Source: Spirochaetota bacterium
GTDB lineage: Bacteria; Spirochaetota; UBA4802; UBA5550
Direction: 5' to 3'
DNA length: 24,382 bases
Assembly: GCA_050298055.1 (NCBI GenBank)
Contig: JBNKTL010000059.1
Span: 1 to 24,382, forward strand
The notes beneath the pieces are model-generated. The model saw nothing but the letters and a program-made list of their open reading frames with translations, made no database searches and was not told the origin of the DNA. This document shows, piece after piece, positions 8,684-15,899 of the stretch. A program made the translations under genes and the position numbers. The first letter of the stretch is position 1, and each line of letters begins with the position of its first letter.

Positions 8684-8719
8684 GCCTGATAAGGAGATCG
8701 GGCTAAACAAACAAAGGAG
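8684..8719 (+). promoter_or_regulatory. CsrA-type GGA hairpin and Shine-Dalgarno of flaB2
   Basis: GCCTGAT-AAGGAG-ATCGGGC (8684-8703), then AAGGAG (8714-8719) 8 nt before the ATG at 8728. Confidence 0.65.
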
Positions 8720-8727
8720 TGTTTAAC

Positions 8728-9579
8728 ATGATTATTAATCATAATATGAGCGCCATCAATGCAAACAACGTGTTAAGGTTCAAGCATTGGGACGTAAACA
8801 AGTCAATGGAAAAACTTGCCTCAGGCATGAGGATCAACAAGTCCGGGGACGATGCTTCCGGTCTTGCAGTATCTGAAAAGATGAGGACCCAGATACAGGG
8901 ACTGAGACAGGCTGAAAGAAATACCGAAGATGGTATGTCTTTCGTTCAGACAGCTGAAGGTTATCTCCAGCAGACAGCTTCGATTCTGCAAAGGATCAGG
9001 GTTCTGGCAGTCCAGTCTTCAAACGGTATCTATACTCAGCAGGACAGGCAGCTGATACAGGTTGAAGTATCCGCTCTTATAGACGAAGTGGACAGGGTCG
9101 CTTCACAGGCCGAATTCAACAAGTTCAATCTTCTTCTCGGAGATTTCTCACGAACAAATCCCAAGGCAAGTATGTGGTTTCACATGGGACCCAACATGCA
9201 CCAGAGAGAGAGAGTCTATATCGGAACCATGACATCTGCCGGTCTTAACCTCAGGGAGAGGACAGGAAAATTCCTTGCAAACCTCAGTACAGCTGACGGA
9301 GCAAACAGGACAATAGGTGTTATTGACGATGCTCTTCACAAGATCGCAAAGCAGAGAGCTGACCTGGGTGCTTACTACAACAGGTTTGAATATGCAGCCA
9401 AGGGTCTTATGACAGCATACGAAAACATTCAGGCATCTGAAAGCCGAATCAGAGATGCTGACATGGCTGAAACCATGGTAGATATGACCAAGGACCAGGT
9501 CCTTGTTCAGTCAGGAACAGCAATGCTGGCACAGGCAAACCTGAAAACAAGAACCGTATTACAGCTTCTTGGTGGTTAA
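8728..9579 (+). CDS. flaB: Periplasmic flagellar filament core protein FlaB (flagellin), copy 2
   Basis: Paralog of 7650-8495 with the same flagellin N- and C-terminal motifs (GTAMLAQAN); ATG at 8728 chosen from alignment and RBS. Confidence 0.97.
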   Translation: MIINHNMSAINANNVLRFKHWDVNKSMEKLASGMRINKSGDDASGLAVSEKMRTQIQGLRQAERNTEDGMSFVQTAEGYLQQTASILQRIRVLAVQSSNGIYTQQDRQLIQVEVSALIDEVDRVASQAEFNKFNLLLGDFSRTNPKASMWFHMGPNMHQRERVYIGTMTSAGLNLRERTGKFLANLSTADGANRTIGVIDDALHKIAKQRADLGAYYNRFEYAAKGLMTAYENIQASESRIRDADMAETMVDMTKDQVLVQSGTAMLAQANLKTRTVLQLLGG

Positions 9580-9617
9580 AAAAATTATCTGAAAATTATA
9601 AAGGGAATACCAGATAT

Positions 9618-9648
9618 AAAAGGGGGACTATCCAGTCCCCCTTTTTTT
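9618..9648 (+). terminator. Intrinsic terminator of the flagellin locus
   Basis: AAAAGGGGGACT-ATCC-AGTCCCCCTTTTTTT. Confidence 0.9.
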
Positions 9649-9679
9649 ATAGGCATCTTTATATATTAAATTTTCAACC

Positions 9680-9782
9680 TGAATAAAACATAATTGATAT
9701 CTCCCCGCCGCCGAAGGCGGCGGGGAGATATTATAAATATTTTCATTGTTGTGTATATTTAACAAAACAACGAAGCAGTAAA
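9680..9782 (-). mobile_element. MITE-like repeat, copy 2 (reverse orientation, ends eroded; limits approximate)
   Basis: Perfect 16-bp stem ATATCTCCCCGCCGCC-GAA-GGCGGCGGGGAGATAT (9697-9731); AAAACATAATTGATAT upstream matches the reverse complement of the copy 1 right arm. Confidence 0.75.
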
Positions 9783-9883
9783 AAAATAAAAAAAATCATT
9801 GATTTCAAAGTGACATAGTTCTATACTTTTTTTAATTGACAGATAGACTAACAAAATTTTTATGGGTGTGCGTTATAAACTAT

Positions 9884-10024
9884 ACAACTACCGGTTTCAA
9901 TGGCTAATAAATATGTTTATTGATAAAATATAAACAATGTGTCCCCGCCGCCGAAGGCGGCGGGGACACATAAGTTATATCTTTTTGTTAACATATCAAT
10001 TCTTATACAGAGCCGAGTAGTTAC
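9884..10024 (+). mobile_element. MITE-like repeat, copy 3 (141 bp)
   Basis: Perfect 16-bp stem ATGTGTCCCCGCCGCC-GAA-GGCGGCGGGGACACAT (9937-9971); ends ACAACTACCGG... and ...GCCGAGTAGTTAC. Confidence 0.85.
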
Positions 10025-10053
10025 AAAATTATAATTAAAAGTGCAGGTTAAAA

Positions 10054-10482
10054 ATGTTTGTTAGAAAAAGCAGTATCTCAAATCTCATAAAAAAAGAAAA
10101 ACAGAAAGTCAAAAATTTCTGTGACAAGTACTATGGGAAAAAGATGGAAAGCCTTAAAAAAGAGCTCAACGAAAAGCATGACAGAATTCTCAAAAGAACT
10201 ATCAGCGAATCAAAAGAGATCATTGAAAGCAAAGAGCGGGAGATAAAAAGGCTTCAGCAGGAGCTCGACCGCAACTACTATAAATACATGGAACTGAGAC
10301 AGCGCGAAAAACATATTGACCAGCTCTCAGATGAAATTGATGAAGTTGTTAACGACATGGTTGTAAAGGTCCAGGAATCGATCCAGCCCTTTTACCGCAC
10401 ACGGGCAAAAGTTATAACCACAAAAAAAAGGTCCGATAAGAAGCACACTAAAGTTGAGTCTATTTTCAGGGCAGCCAAGTAA
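10054..10482 (+). CDS. Hypothetical coiled-coil protein
   Basis: 142 aa, K/E/R-rich helical pattern; CAGGT RBS-like motif upstream. Confidence 0.7.
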   Translation: MFVRKSSISNLIKKEKQKVKNFCDKYYGKKMESLKKELNEKHDRILKRTISESKEIIESKEREIKRLQQELDRNYYKYMELRQREKHIDQLSDEIDEVVNDMVVKVQESIQPFYRTRAKVITTKKRSDKKHTKVESIFRAAK

Positions 10483-10515
10483 TTTTTTACCCCTTTCTCA
10501 TTTCATTAAAGGAAA

Positions 10516-10809
10516 TTAAACGAGAGCATCGAAAAGCATGCCCGGTTGCGGGTTTACATGCCTTTTGAGGATAGTGCCGCTGGAATTATATTCTCTCTGA
10601 AAGCTGCCGTACTGTCTCAGGACCTTGTCCCGGTCCTCGTCTACAGGCTTTGAATAGATTGCATTGGAACCGGTTTTTCGTATGACACCCCTGATCTTCT
10701 GGACTTTCCCTTCTCCGTATTGGGGCCAGATATAGATCTTATCTGTCCGGACACGGTTGTTCTGCATCCTGGGCAGGTTTATTTCTGATATGCCGGAAGA
10801 TATTTTCAT
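10516..10809 (-). CDS. Hypothetical small protein, probably sigma28-regulated, C-terminal PGxLFDxxV motif
   Basis: 97 aa ORF directly downstream of a consensus sigma28 promoter. Confidence 0.75.
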   Translation of the reverse strand: MKISSGISEINLPRMQNNRVRTDKIYIWPQYGEGKVQKIRGVIRKTGSNAIYSKPVDEDRDKVLRQYGSFQREYNSSGTILKRHVNPQPGMLFDALV

Positions 10810-10816
10810 GTATTAT

Positions 10817-10844
10817 TTATCGGCAGAGAGAGGATTAAAATTTA
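10817..10844 (-). promoter_or_regulatory. Consensus sigma28 (FliA) promoter
   Basis: Minus strand TAAA-TTTTAATCCTCTCTCT(16)-GCCGATAA, ending 7 nt before the ATG at 10809. Confidence 0.85.
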
Positions 10845-10869
10845 GTATTTAATATTCCCACAAAACAAG

Positions 10870-10940
10870 CCCTAAGCCCCCTGAGGGGGCACAAGAGGAT
10901 TTTGGGCATAAAATCTTACGCCCCTCAGGGGGATGGGGGG
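10870..10940. repeat. REP-doublet (REPIN-like) inverted repeat
   Basis: CCCTAAGCCCCCTGAGGGGGC (10870-10890) and GCCCCTCAGGGGGATGGGGGG (10920-10940) are mutually inverted and each internally palindromic; spacer has AGGATTTT / AAAATCTT. Confidence 0.65.
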
Positions 10941-11074
10941 CTCAGGGAGGGCTCAGAGGGAAAATCCGGGAATTATGTGAAATAATAAAAGAACAAACCG
11001 TAAATTAATTACTTGATCAGGATCAGGCGAAAAAAAATAATACTGACAGACAATAAACCATCCCGGAGGACAAT

Positions 11075-13003
11075 ATGGGCCATTCCGTAACATACAAAAT
11101 TCTTAAAGAACACCTTGTAGAGGGTGAGTTAAAACAGGGAAATGAAATAGGGATACGCATTGACCAGACACTTACACAGGATGCCACGGGAACAATGGCC
11201 TACCTTCAGTTTGAAGCCATGGACATACCAAAGGTCAAGACCGAGATTTCAGTCTCATATGTGGATCACAATACCCTGCAGATGGGTTTTGAGAATGCCG
11301 ATGACCACCGGTACCTCCAGACCATGAACTCTAATTACGGAATATACTATTCAAAGGCGGGAAACGGCATTTGTCACCAGGTCCACCTTGAGAGATTCGG
11401 GAAACCGGGATCAACTCTTCTGGGGTCTGACAGTCACACGCCCACCGGGGGAGGAATTGGTATGATAGCCATAGGCGCCGGGGGCCTTGATGTTGCAGTG
11501 GCAATGGGAGGCGGTCCCTTTTACCTTACTGCGCCTAAAGTGATTAATATCCGGCTCACCGGAAAGCTTCGTCCCTGGGTCTCCGCCAAGGACCTGATTC
11601 TGAAAGTCCTGGAGCTTCTCACAACAAAAGGCAACGTGGGATGCGTGGCGGAATACACGGGCCCCGGGGTCTCCACACTCACTGTCCCGGAAAGAGCAAC
11701 CGTAACAAATATGGGCGCGGAACTGGGGGTGACCACATCGGTCTTTCCCAGCGATGAACTCACACGGAAGTTCCTTGAGGCCCAGGAGAGGGGAGATTCA
11801 TGGAGGGAACTCCTTCCCGACCCGGATGCCGAATATCACAGGACCATAGAAATAGACCTCTCGGAACTGGAACCGCTGGTGGCCTGCCCCCATTCACCTG
11901 ACAACATAAAGAGGATCTCCGGGCTTGAAGGAATGAAGGTGGACCAGGTCGCCGTGGGGAGCTGTACAAACTCATCATACAAGGACCTGATGACCGTGGC
12001 GGAGATCGTTAAGGGGAAAAAAGCCGATCCGGGAACCAGCTTTATCATCGCCCCGGGATCAAAACAGGTTTTCGAGATGATAGCCCGGAACGGCGCACTG
12101 GCAGACCTGATATCAAGCGGCGCGCGGATAATGGAATCCGCATGCGGTTTCTGTATCGGTTCCGGCCAGGCGCCCACAACAGAAGGGGTCTCCCTCCGGA
12201 CAAACAACAGGAATTTCGAAGGGCGTTCCGGAACAGCCTCCGGGAAGATATATCTTGCAAGCCCCGAAACAGCGGCCCTCTCCGCTCTTGAAGGAAAGCT
12301 TGTGAATCCCCTGGAAAGAGACCCAAAGGAATACCCGGAAATCAAGATCCCCGGCAAATTCCTGGTTGACGATTCCCTGATCGTCCCTCCTTCGGAAAAG
12401 AAACATGAAGTCTTCAGGGGCCCCAATATCGGCGATCCTCCCTATACGGAACCGCTCATGGATGAAATAGAAGGGATCATCGGCCTCAAGGTGGGGGACA
12501 AAATCACCACAGACCACATTATGCCCGCGGGGCAGAGACTCAAGTACAGGTCCAACATCCCCCGGTACGCTGAATTTGTCTTTGAAAACGTGGACCCTGA
12601 ATTCGCTTCAAAGTCCCTGGAGAATAAGAAAAAAGGGATATTTACCGCCATAATCGGCGGGGAAAGCTACGGGCAGGGCTCCAGCCGGGAACACGCGGCC
12701 ATCTGTCCCATGTACCTGGGGGTCAGAGCCGTTATTGCCCGGTCCTTTGAGAGGATCCATTCGGGCAATCTTGTTAATTTCGGGATACTGCCCCTCCGGT
12801 TTATCAATGAAGATGATTATGAGAACCTCAATTCCGGCGATCCCTTCAGTTTAAAAGGGCTCCGTGAATCGGTGAGTAAAGGGACCGATATCACACTCAT
12901 CGCGGCAGGGAAGGAGTACAGGCTGGAGCTGCCGGCATCGGAAAGGCAGAGGGAGATCCTCCTTGAAGGGGGACTTCTCAATTACACAAAAAAGAGGGTC
13001 TAG
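11075..13003 (+). CDS. acnA: Aconitate hydratase (short ~640 aa single-chain type)
   Basis: TQDATGT, DHN, GICHQVHLE, GSDSHT, GSCTNSS, ACGFCIG, NRNFEGR, TTDHI, GQGSSREHAA; GGAGG RBS. Substrate could be a related aconitase-family substrate. Confidence 0.9.
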   Translation: MGHSVTYKILKEHLVEGELKQGNEIGIRIDQTLTQDATGTMAYLQFEAMDIPKVKTEISVSYVDHNTLQMGFENADDHRYLQTMNSNYGIYYSKAGNGICHQVHLERFGKPGSTLLGSDSHTPTGGGIGMIAIGAGGLDVAVAMGGGPFYLTAPKVINIRLTGKLRPWVSAKDLILKVLELLTTKGNVGCVAEYTGPGVSTLTVPERATVTNMGAELGVTTSVFPSDELTRKFLEAQERGDSWRELLPDPDAEYHRTIEIDLSELEPLVACPHSPDNIKRISGLEGMKVDQVAVGSCTNSSYKDLMTVAEIVKGKKADPGTSFIIAPGSKQVFEMIARNGALADLISSGARIMESACGFCIGSGQAPTTEGVSLRTNNRNFEGRSGTASGKIYLASPETAALSALEGKLVNPLERDPKEYPEIKIPGKFLVDDSLIVPPSEKKHEVFRGPNIGDPPYTEPLMDEIEGIIGLKVGDKITTDHIMPAGQRLKYRSNIPRYAEFVFENVDPEFASKSLENKKKGIFTAIIGGESYGQGSSREHAAICPMYLGVRAVIARSFERIHSGNLVNFGILPLRFINEDDYENLNSGDPFSLKGLRESVSKGTDITLIAAGKEYRLELPASERQREILLEGGLLNYTKKRV

Positions 13004-13095
13004 CCGGCTGACACTTGTCAGTGTCCCGTATATTCCAGGCAGGTGCCATACTTTAATCATTGACACCTGAAGAGAAAAATGAAATCCTTTATTAC

Positions 13096-13608
13096 ATGAC
13101 AAATCACCTGGTTGAAATTCTCACAGCCCTGAACAGATCAGGGGTAAAATTTATCGTTTGCGGCGGTGTGGCGGCAGTCCTTCACGGGGTTGAACGCATG
13201 ACCATGGATATAGACCTTTCTGTGGATCTTGACAGGGAAAATCTTTCCAGGATGTTTGAGGTTTTAAAAACAATAGATTTGAAACCGCGAATTCCCGTAT
13301 CACCGGAAATCCTCCTTGATGAAGATGCCAGAAAAATGATGATTCAGGAAAAAAATGCCCTTGTTTTCACATTTGTTGATCTAAACAATCCTTACAGGCA
13401 GGTTGATATTTTTTTAACCGAAGAGATGTCCTATGATAAGTTGAAAAATGAAACTGAAAGGATATGTATCGGGGGAGATGATATCCTCATTATCTCACCT
13501 GAAAAACTGATCGCAATGAAAAAATCCGTAATACCTTTAAGAGATAAGGACAGAACTGATATTGCCATTCTTGAAGAAATATTAAAAAACAGAAAATCTA
13601 ACGGATAA
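13096..13608 (+). CDS. Pol-beta-superfamily nucleotidyltransferase (minimal NTase / toxin-like)
   Basis: GGVAAVLHGVERMTMDID, VDIF and LIAMKK..RDKDRTD motifs; start could be TTG 13060. Confidence 0.8.
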   Translation: MTNHLVEILTALNRSGVKFIVCGGVAAVLHGVERMTMDIDLSVDLDRENLSRMFEVLKTIDLKPRIPVSPEILLDEDARKMMIQEKNALVFTFVDLNNPYRQVDIFLTEEMSYDKLKNETERICIGGDDILIISPEKLIAMKKSVIPLRDKDRTDIAILEEILKNRKSNG

Positions 13609-13612
13609 CTTC

Positions 13613-13789
13613 GTGGAAGATAATATCTTTAACATCATAAAAAAACTGTCTCAGGCAGATTTTGACGGGCATACCGAATTCCACACATTGACACCGGAAC
13701 AGAAACTGATGTGGCTCTCCCAGGCTGTTCAGTTCGCATATACATATGGCGGGATCTCTTCGAAAAAAGGAGAGTTTACCTCAAAGTAA
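13613..13789 (+). CDS. Small 58-aa hypothetical protein (not in ORF track), putative NTase partner
   Basis: GTG 4 nt after the NTase stop; reads MEDNIFNIIKKLSQADFDGHTEFHTLTPEQKLMWLSQAVQFAYTYGGISSKKGEFTSK and fills the gap to the convergent gene. Confidence 0.65.
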   Translation: MEDNIFNIIKKLSQADFDGHTEFHTLTPEQKLMWLSQAVQFAYTYGGISSKKGEFTSK

Positions 13790-13791
13790 TT

Positions 13792-14496
13792 TTACAACTC
13801 CCTCAGAAAATTGAGGATCCAGCGGGCAACATCAAGGCTGTTCGCGGGTCCGTCAATGGTTTCCATGGCCCGGTTTACCTTCTCCTCCCCGATACGGAGC
13901 GTCCGTGAGAGAATCAGTTCCCGGGCATAAGGGACCTCGAACTCCGGATGGGGCTGTATTCCCAGGAACCTCTCCCCGGTGAGGAACATTGCGTTGGGAC
14001 AGTAATCGCTCAGGCCCAGAAGCTCGGAACCGGGAGGAAGTTTTGTAACCTGGTCCCTGTGGGTTACCAGGAGGTTCACCTCATTAAGTGCGGGCTCCAT
14101 CCAGGGCATCCTCTGCGTTATCTCGATCTTCTTGAGCCCGATTCCCCATCCACATTCAGCTTCTTCCACCGTCCCCCCCAGGGCGTGGGCGATCATCTGG
14201 TGCCCGAAGCAGATTCCCGCGAACTTCTTTCCCGCTTCATAGAGATCTCTGATAAAGTTCGTATACTCCTTTATCCAGGGAATATCGTCATAGACCGACT
14301 GCCGGGAACCTGTGGATAAATATCCGTCATATTCCCCGTTCAGAGGGGGATAACGGCCCTCCCTTATATCGAAAACACCGATCTCCACACCGGGATCTAT
14401 TTTTCCGAAAAGCTTCACAAACATCCCGGGATAGTCCCCGGCAATGGGGATAAACTCCGGGCTGACGCTGTCACACTGGAGAAGGGCTATTCTCAT
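13792..14496 (-). CDS. Class I glutamine amidotransferase-like hydrolase (putative gamma-glutamyl-amide hydrolase)
   Basis: GICFGHQ nucleophile elbow and QPHPEF (Cys-His-Glu triad); ATGA overlap with the GS-like gene. Confidence 0.88.
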   Translation of the reverse strand: MRIALLQCDSVSPEFIPIAGDYPGMFVKLFGKIDPGVEIGVFDIREGRYPPLNGEYDGYLSTGSRQSVYDDIPWIKEYTNFIRDLYEAGKKFAGICFGHQMIAHALGGTVEEAECGWGIGLKKIEITQRMPWMEPALNEVNLLVTHRDQVTKLPPGSELLGLSDYCPNAMFLTGERFLGIQPHPEFEVPYARELILSRTLRIGEEKVNRAMETIDGPANSLDVARWILNFLREL

Positions 14497-15875
14497 ATCT
14501 GTTCGAAATATCTCCTCTTCTCCCAGTCGGTCACGGCCTTGTCATACTGTTCAAGCTCTGTTCTGTAGAAGTGGAGATAGTGCTCCACAACATCCTTCCC
14601 CAGTGCCTCAACGGCAAAGCTGCTCTTCTCCAGTTCCGCGATGGCATGTCTCAGGGTTATGGGAACACGGTCCACCTTGTCCGCCGAATAGACATCTCCG
14701 GAAAAAATTTCAGGGGGTTCAATTTTGTTCCTGATCCCGTCCAGTCCCGACGCCAGGGCCGCAGCATAGGCGGTATAGGGATTTACATCGGCCCCCGGCA
14801 TACGGGATTCGATCCTCAGGGAGCTCCCTTTTCCCACGACCCTGAAGCAGGCTGTCCTGTTATCATAGCTCCAGGCGATACCTGTGGGCGCCCAGGAACC
14901 GAGCTGGTATCTCTTGTATGAATTTACCGTAGGAGCATAAAAGAGCGTCATCTCCGCCGCGTGTTTCATCCAGCCCCCCAGGAACCACCGAAAGGTGTCA
15001 GAGCCCTTCACCGGCCCTATCTCCTTATCCCCGCTGAAGACGTTCTTTTCCTTATTGTCCCAGAGGCTCAGGTGCATGTGGCAGCTGGACCCCGCAAGCT
15101 TTTCGTCAACCTTGGCCATAAATGTCACGGCCAGGTCAAGCTGGTCGGCCAGGTCCTTGAAGCACTGCTTGTATATCATGTGCCTGTCGGCCATCTCCAG
15201 CACGTCGGAATACTGGAGGTTGAGTTCATGCTGCCCGGGGCCCCATTCACCCTTGCTGAACTCAACGGGGACGCCGCTCAGGGTAAGGAACTTCCGCGCC
15301 GCGGCGTTCAGGGGCTCCTCTCTCCCTCCCTGGAGAATATGATAATCTTCAATATAGTTGCTGAACCTTTCCAGGTTGGAGTAGCTTTTTTCCCGGGCGC
15401 TCTTATAGTTCTCATCAAAGATATAGTACTCAAGCTCCGAGGAGCCCATAACATGAAGACCCATCTCCGCGGCGGCATCCAGCTGCTTTTTCAGCATGTT
15501 CCGGGGAGCAATTTCCGTGGGCCTGTGCTCTTCTTCATAGATGTCGCAGATAACAATGGCCGTTTTCTCAAGCCATGCCGCCCTTCTCAGGGTATTCATA
15601 TCCACCACGCAGTGAAAATCCCCGTACCCTGTCTCCCAGTTGGCGTATTTATACCCGGGGATGGGCTCCATCTCCATATCAACGGTAAAGAGATAGTTGC
15701 AGGCGTGCATACCGGTTTTAACGGTATGCTCCAGGAAATACTCCCCCGTAATTCTCTTTCCCATGAGCCTTCCGTAGAGGTCGGGAAATGCCGCTATGAC
15801 GGTCTCAATTTCACCGTTTTCTATGAGGAGGGTGAGCTGGTCAAGATCAAGCATATGTTTGTTATTGCTGCTCAT
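14493..15875 (-). CDS. glnA4: Glutamine synthetase-like gamma-glutamyl-amine ligase, GlnA4 type
   Basis: FPDLYGRLMGKR, CNYLFTVDMEM..GY...WETGYGDF, ELEYY, EWGPGQHE, GSSCHMHLSL, NSYKR, DNRT, RIESRMPGADVNPY. Confidence 0.85.
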   Translation of the reverse strand: MSSNNKHMLDLDQLTLLIENGEIETVIAAFPDLYGRLMGKRITGEYFLEHTVKTGMHACNYLFTVDMEMEPIPGYKYANWETGYGDFHCVVDMNTLRRAAWLEKTAIVICDIYEEEHRPTEIAPRNMLKKQLDAAAEMGLHVMGSSELEYYIFDENYKSAREKSYSNLERFSNYIEDYHILQGGREEPLNAAARKFLTLSGVPVEFSKGEWGPGQHELNLQYSDVLEMADRHMIYKQCFKDLADQLDLAVTFMAKVDEKLAGSSCHMHLSLWDNKEKNVFSGDKEIGPVKGSDTFRWFLGGWMKHAAEMTLFYAPTVNSYKRYQLGSWAPTGIAWSYDNRTACFRVVGKGSSLRIESRMPGADVNPYTAYAAALASGLDGIRNKIEPPEIFSGDVYSADKVDRVPITLRHAIAELEKSSFAVEALGKDVVEHYLHFYRTELEQYDKAVTDWEKRRYFEQI

Positions 15876-15899
15876 ATTTGGTCTCCTTCTTTACGGCCG

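Noticed and set aside
9697..9971. Two near-identical palindromes 240 bp apart read as a CRISPR array
   Set aside because: Spacing is far too long, only two units, arms are homologous to dispersed copies, and no cas genes are present.
9937..9971. GC hairpins read as simple intrinsic terminators
   Set aside because: No U-tract, and they are embedded in a conserved 140-bp unit often located upstream of genes.
11521..12651. Several minus-strand ORFs within the aconitase gene
   Set aside because: Antisense shadows of a well-supported CDS.
13711..13908. 65-aa plus ORF from the track
   Set aside because: Overlaps the convergent amidotransferase; the 13613-13789 frame fits the gap better.
14493..15875. 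Housekeeping glutamine synthetase GlnA1
   Set aside because: N-terminal motifs and the operon with amidotransferase and dehydrogenases fit the gamma-glutamyl-amine ligase clade better.
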